This document shows, piece by piece, positions 56,624 through 64,000 of a DNA stretch of 64,000 nucleotides. Position 1 is the stretch's first letter. Each line of letters opens with the position of its first letter. Made by a program: the position numbers and the translations under genes. Origin of the DNA: Sphingomonadaceae bacterium (GTDB taxonomy: Bacteria; Chloroflexota; UBA6077); assembly GCA_050261575.1 (NCBI GenBank), contig JBLNDL010000070.1, forward strand, positions 1-64,000, in the 5' to 3' direction. The notes below the pieces were generated by a model. That model worked only from the letters and a program-made list of their open reading frames with translations, had not been told where the DNA came from and searched no databases.

Positions 56624-56842
56624 CTAGGGACTCACCCGGCTGAAGTAGTCGATCACTTGTGCCAGATCGTAGTACTTCCTGTCGGGCAGCCGCTGGAGCG
56701 CATCCACCACCATCTGCGGCGCCCCCTGTCGTGTGACGTGCTCCAGTATGTCTGCCTTCGAACAGGGATACTGCACGCCCTCCAGGTAGTCCACGACAGC
56801 CGCAGGCGATGCCTCGGTCCTGTCTACTCGCTCCTCAGACAT
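56624..56842 (-). CDS. DUF2795 family small protein
   Basis: L.GV.YP.SK..I......GA...V...L..LPD..Y. Confidence 0.8.
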   Translation of the reverse strand: MSEERVDRTEASPAAVVDYLEGVQYPCSKADILEHVTRQGAPQMVVDALQRLPDRKYYDLAQVIDYFSRVSP

Positions 56843-56867
56843 ACTCTGTGTCCCCCATTCGCATCCG

Positions 56868-57533
56868 TCACTGCCGTCCTGCCGGCCGGCCAACTCGCTG
56901 GCGAGCCCGCTCCAGGCACTCCACTACGTCCTCATCAGAGAGCTGCTCGAACCCCACGTAGTGGTAGCCCACGGCGTAGAAGGGCTCCGGGGTCTCCAGA
57001 CACACCACGCGGTCCGCCTCCCTGGAGACCCTCCACAGGGACTCCTCCGGCGCGACCGGCACCGCGGCCACAAGGAGGGCGGGGCGAGTCTCCCTGAGGC
57101 CCCGTAGCGCCGCAAGCATCGTGTACCCCGTGGCGATGCCGTCGTCCACGACGATCACCTTCCGGCCAGCCGTATTGGGTGCAGGCCGTCCATGACGGTA
57201 GATCTGTATCCTCCTACGAATCTCCCCGCGCTGCCTCTCCGTCTCCTCCTGGAGGTACTCCTCGGTCACCCCCAACAGGGAGACCACCTCCTCGTCGATC
57301 CACACGCCGCCTCCCTCGGACACTGCCCCTATGGCCAACTCCGGATTGTCCGGCGCCCCGATCTTCCGAGAGATGAACACGTCGAGGGGAAGGTCCAGCG
57401 CCACGGACACCTCGTAACCCACCACCACGCCCCCTCGGGGAAGAGCGAGGATCAACGCGTCCGTTCCCTTGAACTCTCCCAACTCCGCCGCAAGGCGTCT
57501 GCCCGCGTCCTGTCGATCCTCGAAAAGCGGCAT
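56868..57533 (-). CDS. Phosphoribosyltransferase family protein
   Basis: F.DR.DAG..LA, LALPRGG, RKIGAP.NPELAIGAV, VVDDGIATG.T. Confidence 0.9.
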   Translation of the reverse strand: MPLFEDRQDAGRRLAAELGEFKGTDALILALPRGGVVVGYEVSVALDLPLDVFISRKIGAPDNPELAIGAVSEGGGVWIDEEVVSLLGVTEEYLQEETERQRGEIRRRIQIYRHGRPAPNTAGRKVIVVDDGIATGYTMLAALRGLRETRPALLVAAVPVAPEESLWRVSREADRVVCLETPEPFYAVGYHYVGFEQLSDEDVVECLERARQRVGRPAGRQ

Positions 57534-57550
57534 CGCGTCTCCTCTCACGA

Positions 57551-57601
57551 TTCCGAGTTCTGGGTTCTGTGTCAGCGGCACTCAGAACCCAGAACTCGGA
57601 A
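57551..57601. repeat. 19-bp inverted repeat built from heptamer units
   Basis: TTCCGAGTTCTGGGTTCTG ... CAGAACCCAGAACTCGGAA. Confidence 0.7.
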
Positions 57602-57605
57602 CCGG

Positions 57606-58760
57606 CTAGGCGGCCCGGCGGCGCTCCTCCTCCGTGCCCTCCATCCCCAACTCCTCCCGGACCTGCAGATAACGGATGAGGTTGCTTCGGCTGAGCAACC
57701 CCACCAGTCTGCCGAAGGACACCGCCGGCAACTGGTTGACATCGTACTCGGCCAGTATCCTGAGTGCGTCGAGAACTTCGTCGTCCGGTCCCACCGTCCG
57801 CAGATCCGCCGCCTTGGCCATTACCGCGGAGACCGGGGTCTCATCCCATCGTTCGCGGGGCACCTGGCGGATCTCGTTCAGGGTCACCATCCCAATGAGC
57901 CGCCGGTCCGCATCCACCACCGGGATGGCCCGCACAGCCCGCTGCAGGATGAGATCGTGCACCACGACGGATAGCGGCAGCCCACCTTCCACGGTCGTCG
58001 GGGAAGGGTTCATGATCTGCCGCACCTTCACCCCGCGGAGCCATTCCATCTCCACGGTCTGTCGGCCGGCAGCCTCGGCGGCGTTGTTGAGGAACCAGCC
58101 AATCAGGATTAGCCACAGCCCACTGAGGAATGCTCCGGCGAAAGCGATGAACAGCCCACCGAGGATGAAGATGAAGGCAACGATGTGCCCCGACGCCACC
58201 GCCACCCTGGTCGCCGTCGCGAAGTTGCCGGTGATCCCCCAGACCACGGCCCGAAGGACTCGCCCGCCGTCGAGGGGGAAGCCTGGGATCAAGTTGAATA
58301 CGGCGAGCAGCACGTTGATTCCGGCCAGGTAGCCGAGCACACCCTCCAGCGGTCCGGCTCCCGCACCGATCGCAATCCAGACGGTCCACAAGGCCCCCCC
58401 CAGGACCAGGCTGGAGATAGGGCCGACGATGGAGATCAGCAGCTCGTCCCAGGCGCTGGTGGGCTCGCCGGTGATGTTGGAGACGCCCCCGAAGATGAAG
58501 AGTGTGATGCTGCTGACCCTGAGCCCCCTGGCCTGAGCAACGAAGGAGTGCGCAAGCTCGTGGACGAGCACGGAGACGAAGAGCAGCAGGGATGCCGCGA
58601 AGCCCATGCTCCAGTACACGACGGGATCGAACCCTGGGAACTGGAACGGGAAGAACCCCACGGCCAGAGTCCAGGCCACCAATAGGAACACCAGAATCCA
58701 ACTGTAGTGGACGCCGATTTCGATCCCGTTGACCGTGGCTATCCGCACGGAACTTCTCAC
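57606..58760 (-). CDS. Site-2 protease (M50) with tandem CBS domains
   Basis: HELAH, FIFGG, GP, FNLIPGFPLDGGR, two CBS domains. Confidence 0.93.
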   Translation of the reverse strand: MRSSVRIATVNGIEIGVHYSWILVFLLVAWTLAVGFFPFQFPGFDPVVYWSMGFAASLLLFVSVLVHELAHSFVAQARGLRVSSITLFIFGGVSNITGEPTSAWDELLISIVGPISSLVLGGALWTVWIAIGAGAGPLEGVLGYLAGINVLLAVFNLIPGFPLDGGRVLRAVVWGITGNFATATRVAVASGHIVAFIFILGGLFIAFAGAFLSGLWLILIGWFLNNAAEAAGRQTVEMEWLRGVKVRQIMNPSPTTVEGGLPLSVVVHDLILQRAVRAIPVVDADRRLIGMVTLNEIRQVPRERWDETPVSAVMAKAADLRTVGPDDEVLDALRILAEYDVNQLPAVSFGRLVGLLSRSNLIRYLQVREELGMEGTEEERRRAA

Positions 58761-58854
58761 CTGCGTCAACACCCCCCGGTAACTCGGATCGAGGAGAAGC
58801 TGCATCGCCACCAGCACGAAGGTCAGGGAGCGATCCAGCGGGCCAAACGAGGGA

Positions 58855-58869
58855 GCACGATATGTGCCA
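58855..58869 (-). promoter_or_regulatory. Weaker sigma54-like motif upstream of the S2P-PRTase-DUF2795 unit
   Basis: TGGCAC-ATATC-GTGC. Confidence 0.45.
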
Positions 58870-58888
58870 AGTCGTGGGGAAGTAACAC

Positions 58889-58921
58889 GGGCCCGCAGGC
58901 CTTCGCGAGTCCTGCGGGCCC
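58889..58921 (-). terminator. Hairpin downstream of rpsU
   Basis: GGGCCCGCAGG ... CCTGCGGGCCC, 11-bp stem. Confidence 0.45.
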
Positions 58922-59045
58922 CACATATCAACTATTGAGGAGTGACGCTGGGGCGAAGCATCGACCCTGCAGCGCTGTCCGGTGATACCCCGGGGGCGCG
59001 AGGCTCGTCCATGGCCTCGCGTTCGGCGCGATCCGACCTAGCAGC

Positions 59046-59246
59046 CTACCGGGCGCCCCGAGCCCGAGCGGCCTTCTGCCGCCGCTTTCTCTCGGCTGCC
59101 CGAAGCTTCTCCCTCCTGAGCTCGCCCTTGGAGATGAAGTGCCTCTTGCTCTTCATATCCTTCAGCAAGCCTTCCCTCATCACACCACGCTTGAAGCGGT
59201 GTAGCAGTTCCTCGAAGCTCTCGTTCTCTCTCGCGATTACCTGCAC
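59046..59246 (-). CDS. rpsU: 30S ribosomal protein S21
   Basis: V..RENESFE.LL.RFKR.V..EG.L......HF.SK basic protein; AAGGAG RBS. Confidence 0.88.
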   Translation of the reverse strand: MQVIARENESFEELLHRFKRGVMREGLLKDMKSKRHFISKGELRREKLRAAERKRRQKAARARGAR

Positions 59247-59336
59247 CTACACTCCTTCGGGGCTTCACCGTAGCTGGATGCCTCTCAAGGTCCCCACTCT
59301 ACCCCGAAGCAACCTCCCTTCCTGCTGTATGCTCTA

Positions 59337-59404
59337 ACCAGGTATCTCTGGTTCACGCCGACTCCTCTGGAGGGAAACGTGTACTCCATCCAGAGATACC
59401 TGCT
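59337..59404 (+). mobile_element. 68-bp MITE-like element, copy 5
   Basis: ACCAGGTATCTCTGG / CCAGAGATACCTGCT; exact C-TA...TA-G flanks. Confidence 0.8.
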
Positions 59405-59487
59405 TAGTGTGGTAGTGTGGCCCAAGGCACACAATAGTATAGCGGTACAATGCCCTCCACTGCCAGACCCTCCGCGGGAACGACCCA

Positions 59488-60462
59488 CTACCCGCTTCTG
59501 AGGTCCCTCTCCGCCGGGCAGCCGTGAAGCCCTTCCGCCCCTCGGACCCCTCGCACGATCGCCCGCGCCAGGGCCTCGGCGGCAGCCTCTCCCAGCGAAC
59601 TCAGGTCCTCCTCCCTGCTCTCCGCTCCCGCCGAGCCAAGCGCGAAGAGGGTGTCCCCGTCGAAGGGGGTGATCGGCCGAATGGCCCTCGCCATCCCCTG
59701 GTAGGCTAGCCGCGCCAAGCGGTTGGCCTGGCTTTTCGTCAGGCGGGCATCCGTGGCGATCACACCGATGGTGGTGTTGGCGCCGGGGCTGGCGCTGGGC
59801 GCTCCACCGGATCGCAGCCAGCGGGACGTGTCCAAGAACCCCGCTCCGTCCGGCCGGCGCGCTCCCGCGACGATCTCGCCGCTGGCGGGATCGACCACGT
59901 CGCCCACGCAGTTTACCGCCACCAATGCACCCACCACCGTGCCCGTGGACAGTCGCACGGAGGCGCTTCCCAGTCCGCCCTTCATGGCCAGGGCCGGGCC
60001 GAGCGCCTTGCCCACCGTCGCGCCCGTGCCGGCTCCGACGTTTCCCTCGGGCAACTCCTCGGCCGACGCGGCGAGGCACGCCCTGTATCCATCCTCCGGG
60101 CCGGGTCGCACCGACGCGCTACCCAACGTGAGATCGAACAGGATCGCCGCGGGAACGATGGGAACCCTGGCCACCCTCATGTCGAAGCCTCTCCCGCTCT
60201 CCTCGAGGTAGCGCATCACCCCACCGGCGGCCTCGAGCCCGTAGGCGCTGCCTCCGCCCAGCAGCACCGCGTGGACCTCCTCCACCAGGCACGTAGGATC
60301 CAATAGCGACGTCTCCCGAGTGCCGGGCGCCCCTCCTGCCACCAGGCACCCCCCCACCGTGGGACGGTCGCAAAGCACCACCGTGCAGCCCGTCGCCGCC
60401 TGCCGATCTGTATGATGGCCCACTCTGAAGCCGGGCACGTCCAGGAATGTTCCGCTGTCCAT
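59488..60462 (-). CDS. P1 family peptidase (DmpA/S58-like)
   Basis: DVPG..VGH, TGCTV, GGAPGTRET, GGSAYGL, GAGTGA, NTTIGV, DGDT.F. Confidence 0.9.
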   Translation of the reverse strand: MDSGTFLDVPGFRVGHHTDRQAATGCTVVLCDRPTVGGCLVAGGAPGTRETSLLDPTCLVEEVHAVLLGGGSAYGLEAAGGVMRYLEESGRGFDMRVARVPIVPAAILFDLTLGSASVRPGPEDGYRACLAASAEELPEGNVGAGTGATVGKALGPALAMKGGLGSASVRLSTGTVVGALVAVNCVGDVVDPASGEIVAGARRPDGAGFLDTSRWLRSGGAPSASPGANTTIGVIATDARLTKSQANRLARLAYQGMARAIRPITPFDGDTLFALGSAGAESREEDLSSLGEAAAEALARAIVRGVRGAEGLHGCPAERDLRSG

Positions 60463-60568
60463 TCTCACATCTCCTCGAATTGGAGTCACGCGGGGGTGCG
60501 CGTCGTCTGGAAGCCACACCCTGTATGATAGAATAGCTGACGTCCAGTCGAGAATCGGGAGGCAGGGA

Positions 60569-61144
60569 ATGGGAGCACTCGAAGAGGCCAAGGCGTCGGT
60601 CGACGTGGCTCGGCTCCGAGAACAGGTGGCTCGCGACCTCGTGAAGCACGCCTATCTGATTGGGGATTTCGTCCTCAGTTCGGGGCGGAGGAGCCGCTAC
60701 TACTTCGACAAGTACCTCTTCGAGACGAAGCCCCACATCCTGCGCCCACTGAGCAAGCTGCTGGCCGCGGAGATTCCAGCGGGCACGGACCGCATCGCCG
60801 GCCCCGAGTTGGGCGCTGTCGCGCTCGCCACAGCCGCTTCGCTGGAGACCGGCATCCCATTCATCATCGTCAAGAAGGTCACCAAGGAGTACGGCACTCA
60901 GCGAGCCATCGAGGGCGAGGTGCGCTCAGGCGAGAAGGTTGTCCTGATCGAAGACGTCATGACCACCGGTACCCAGGCTATCCACTCGGCTGAGAAGCTG
61001 CGATCCATGGGGGTGGAGGTGCTCTTCATCCTGGGAATCGTCGACCGGGAGGAAGGGGCTCGCGAGAATGTGGAGAGGGCTGGCTTTCAGTTCAAGCCGC
61101 TCTTCACCAGGAGCGAACTCGAGAGCTACCTGCAGGACAAGTAG
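60569..61144 (+). CDS. pyrE: Orotate phosphoribosyltransferase
   Basis: GDF.LSSG..S.YY.D, K.YGT, IEDV.TTG, VDRE. Confidence 0.93.
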   Translation: MGALEEAKASVDVARLREQVARDLVKHAYLIGDFVLSSGRRSRYYFDKYLFETKPHILRPLSKLLAAEIPAGTDRIAGPELGAVALATAASLETGIPFIIVKKVTKEYGTQRAIEGEVRSGEKVVLIEDVMTTGTQAIHSAEKLRSMGVEVLFILGIVDREEGARENVERAGFQFKPLFTRSELESYLQDK

Positions 61145-61155
61145 ATCGGACGGCC

Positions 61156-61854
61156 TTGATACCTGATCAACTGGCCCACTGGATTCAGCAACTCTACTTG
61201 CTACTCCACAACAACGACGAGAAGGCTTTCTTCCTTATCCTCATGTTAGAAGAAGCGGGGATACCCCTCCCCATGCCGGGCGACGTGGTGATCATGTTCG
61301 CCGGCTATCGCGCCTCCCAGGGGCTCATTGGGGTCCTGGAGGCGGCACTCGCCGTCACCATCGGGGTGCAGTCCGGGTCTACCATCCTCTACTTGATCTC
61401 TCGGCGGCTGGGCCACTCTCTCCTCTTCAAGTACGGCAGGTTGATCCACCTGGATGCCAGGAAGCTAGAGATGGCCGAGAAGTGGATCCAGCGAAGGGGA
61501 CCGGTGATGGTGCTGGCGGGAAGGCTCACCCCCGGTCTCAGGATTCCCACCTCCATAATGGCCGGTGTCTTCGAGATACCGTTCCACCAGTTCCTCTTGT
61601 ACACCACGCTGTCGGCCGTGATCTGGAGCGTGTTCTGGCTGGCCCTGGGGTACTACTTCGGCATGAGCCTGCTCCCACTGGTCGGACGCCTGCACAGCCC
61701 CGTGCTCTACGCTGGGCTGGCACTCCCCCTGCTGTTGGTGGGGGCGGTGGTAGCGTTCTGGAGACGTCGACGGAAGGCGGCGGCAACTGCTACCGGCGCC
61801 GAGGGTCCCGCGGAGGCTTCGGAGCCCCCTACCTGGTCAGCCACCAGGCCGTAG
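61156..61854 (+). CDS. DedA family membrane protein
   Basis: EE.G.P.P.PGD, Y..SR..G, GR..PG.R. Confidence 0.9.
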   Translation: MIPDQLAHWIQQLYLLLHNNDEKAFFLILMLEEAGIPLPMPGDVVIMFAGYRASQGLIGVLEAALAVTIGVQSGSTILYLISRRLGHSLLFKYGRLIHLDARKLEMAEKWIQRRGPVMVLAGRLTPGLRIPTSIMAGVFEIPFHQFLLYTTLSAVIWSVFWLALGYYFGMSLLPLVGRLHSPVLYAGLALPLLLVGAVVAFWRRRRKAAATATGAEGPAEASEPPTWSATRP

Positions 61855-62398
61855 CCGAGTCGGCCAAGTAGGCCAACGTGACGTACTTGATGGTGTTGCC
61901 GATCAGGCACGCCAGCCAGAAGCGAGGCACGGGATACGAGAGGGAGCCGGCCACGAGACCCAACACGTCGAAGACGGGATTGGGCACCGAGGCAACGGCG
62001 ACGATCGCCCAGAAGCCGTACCTCGTCAGCCAGCGGTGTGCCCTCTGCCACCGCCTCCCCTCCTTGAGTCCCAGCACCGCCCCTCCACTCACCCCCAGAA
62101 GGTAGCCCATCAGCTCACCGGTGGCGGCGCCCAGCCCACCGGCTAGGCCCACCAGCAAGGGGTTCCAGACGGTGCCGGCCGCAAGCACAGCCGCAAAGCC
62201 GGGGGCAGGCAGCAGGACGCTGCTGGAGGAGAGGAACATCAGGACCGCAACACCGGGGTAGCCGAAGGCGGCCAGGGAGGCCGGATCGGGCCTCAAGAGG
62301 AAGAAGGACCCTACCAGTCCCGACAGCAGTAGCAGCCCGACGATGGCGACCATCTTACGGGCTCTGGCTACCTGCTTAGCGCGATCACCTAAGAGCAC
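61829..62398 (-). CDS. VTT domain (SNARE-associated/DedA superfamily) membrane protein
   Basis: LPAPG, G.GAA.GE..GY..G, PNP.FD..G..AG, G..IK; start uncertain. Confidence 0.8.
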   Translation of the reverse strand: MLLGDRAKQVARARKMVAIVGLLLLSGLVGSFFLLRPDPASLAAFGYPGVAVLMFLSSSSVLLPAPGFAAVLAAGTVWNPLLVGLAGGLGAATGELMGYLLGVSGGAVLGLKEGRRWQRAHRWLTRYGFWAIVAVASVPNPVFDVLGLVAGSLSYPVPRFWLACLIGNTIKYVTLAYLADSATAWWLTR

Positions 62399-62593
62399 GA
62401 ATCCCCCTTGGGCTCACCTCATGGACTGGAAAGCCGTCAGCCATCAGCGGGAGAAGGCATCGGGGTCGCCGGCAGGGTGCCCTATTCCCTAGCCCAACCG
62501 CCAACAGTATAGCATGCTCAGCACGCTGCGCCACAGCCGCGGGAAAGGCGCTGTGCTAAGATAGCGCCACTCACCACCCCGTAGGAGACGCTG

Positions 62594-62821
62594 ATGCCGG
62601 CCAAGAGGGAAGAACACAACGGAGTGAGGATCGAGACCCTCGAGATGCTCCTGCACGCCCTCGCCCACGAGATCGAGAGTCAGGCCTATCTTCAGATGGC
62701 GGTGCGCGTTGCCGACGACGCCGATCTCAAGGCATTCCTAATCGACATCCTCGGCCAAGAACAGCTTCACGAGACCCGGCTGCGGGCCAAACTTCGGGAG
62801 AAATACTGCCTGGATATCTAA
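62594..62821 (+). CDS. Small ferritin-like (rubrerythrin half-domain) protein
   Basis: AGGAG RBS; A..HE..S..Y...A...D...K.....I..QE..H helical-hairpin pattern. Confidence 0.6.
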   Translation: MPAKREEHNGVRIETLEMLLHALAHEIESQAYLQMAVRVADDADLKAFLIDILGQEQLHETRLRAKLREKYCLDI

Positions 62822-62990
62822 GTGGCATCAACTAAGGAACAGATCTTGCCGAAGGGTCAGCGACTCGCCTGATCAGGCCGTTTGGCGGCCTGATCGCGGG
62901 GGTGCTACGAGCCAACCTCTCCAGGATCCCTCGCACGCCCTCCTCGTAGCGCGGAATCACAACTCGCCCGCAAGGAGGTCACGAAGAGAC

Positions 62991-63194
62991 TTGCTGATCA
63001 CCGACGACAAGAGAAGCGAAGGCCGCGGCAACCAGGACGAGATGGCGGGATTATTCTTTCGTGTTCTCTACAAGTTGGGCGTCGACACTGGCGACTGGAA
63101 AACCTGGTACGGGACTCGGCCCATGCTATTCGCGGGTTTCGAGCGGCGACCGCCAGCGGTCCAGCCCCCCTCGAACCCAACTCAAACCCGGTAA
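62991..63194 (+). CDS. Small hypothetical protein
   Basis: AAGGAGGT upstream of TTG, with long spacing; no recognisable motif. Confidence 0.4.
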   Translation: MLITDDKRSEGRGNQDEMAGLFFRVLYKLGVDTGDWKTWYGTRPMLFAGFERRPPAVQPPSNPTQTR

Positions 63195-63201
63195 CCGGCG
63201 A

Positions 63202-63402
63202 CTACCGGGGCGAATGGTCAACGCACTTTTCTGCAATCTGTCGAAGGAACGGGGTGCCCATCGCAAGACTGGTGATGGAGTACGCCCCCTTGTAGGCTCC
63301 GCCGCGGGTCGGGCGATCGAACCTGCCCAAGGCACAACGACTCTTGCCGGTACCGTCCACCGCTTCCAGGTACTGGCAGGTAAGACACTTGATCGCGGGC
63401 AT
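63202..63402 (-). CDS. Small Cys-containing hypothetical protein
   Basis: AGGAGG RBS; C..C...C...C pattern. Confidence 0.55.
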   Translation of the reverse strand: MPAIKCLTCQYLEAVDGTGKSRCALGRFDRPTRGGAYKGAYSITSLAMGTPFLRQIAEKCVDHSPR

Positions 63403-63515
63403 ACCGCACTATCCTCCTGAGGTCTGTAGGGGAATTGATGGAAGGATTGTAATGTCATCATACAGCTAGCCGCCCACCACGTCAACGAAGAAGCTGCGGC
63501 AGGTAGGAGGTGGAT

Positions 63516-63866
63516 CTACTCGAGGATCTCGTAGTCCGCGTCGATCACCTGCCCGCCCTGCTGCCCACTCCCTCCTTTCGGTCGGCGGCCAGCGGGCCCA
63601 GCCAGATGCTCTCGCACCACCTCCTGTGGGCACAGGCGGACAAAGAGCAACAGAGCCAGGACCAGCAGGGTGAGATCGTCGAACTGCCCAAGAGCGGGGA
63701 GGAAATCGGGCAGCATATCCACCGGAAAGAGGGCGTAGAGCAGGGCGCCGGGCGGCACCAGCTTCGTGGCCAAGGGCACCCTCGAGTCTCTCAAGAGCGG
63801 CCACGCCAGTCTCACGGTCTGCCACAATCGCCACACGAGAGCGATTCTGAGCCACATCGTCGGCAC
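63516..63866 (-). CDS. YkvA/DUF1232 family membrane protein
   Basis: D.RVP...K, Y...P.D.LPDF.P.LGQ.DD, IDADY tail. Confidence 0.88.
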   Translation of the reverse strand: MPTMWLRIALVWRLWQTVRLAWPLLRDSRVPLATKLVPPGALLYALFPVDMLPDFLPALGQFDDLTLLVLALLLFVRLCPQEVVREHLAGPAGRRPKGGSGQQGGQVIDADYEILE

Positions 63867-64000
63867 CTCACCTGAGTCCTTACAGTACCGCGCCGACTAT
63901 GGCCTGGACACCGCGAACGCGGCGAAGGGGAAATCCGACCCACCCCAGGCTCGCTGCAGGTCGTCGGCGCTCATGACCCGGCCGTATCCCGGGCCGTCGA

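Noticed and set aside
592..59404. 68-bp repeats as integron attC sites or CRISPR repeats
   Set aside because: No RYYYAAC/GTTRRRY core pairs, no integrase or cas genes, copies dispersed in both orientations, no spacer periodicity.

Overview
High-GC (roughly two-thirds by eye) bacterial chromosomal segment. It is probably Chloroflexota, inferred from gene content (thyX, lgt, WYFAEG-repeat and LGF/WTAFTDG-type surface domains, no outer-membrane genes). The first ~200 nt are a poly-G artefact. About 60 CDS follow: panB-panE; a cluster of small GxxxG membrane proteins with an HMA2 protein and two GerW-like proteins; DUF72; a secreted DPBB/WYFAEG-repeat protein; a GAF two-component system; a CAP protein; an epimerase-transketolase-SDR operon; a beta-CASP nuclease; RidA-thyX-Ubl; a GT-C glycosyltransferase; an L,D-transpeptidase; lgt; a GntR-controlled hydantoin racemase/ECF/hydantoinase/carbamoylase operon; CbiMQO; TauE; a CopB-type ATPase; an FeS/aldolase/2-hydroxyacid dehydrogenase cluster; GT9/GH38; S2P-CBS; rpsU; pyrE; DedA. 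No rRNA, tRNA, CRISPR array, transposase or prophage was seen. The most notable unexplained signals are: (i) unusually dense sigma54-type -24/-12 motifs (6 strong, 4 weaker) in front of stress, envelope and sporulation-like genes, including two back-to-back divergent pairs; (ii) a ferrosome-accessory-like small-protein cluster without a FezB ATPase; (iii) five copies of a 68-bp MITE inserted at C-TA-G; (iv) an ECF importer inside a hydantoinase cascade with one apparently degenerate ATP site. All calls come from reading motifs by eye; no database searches were run.
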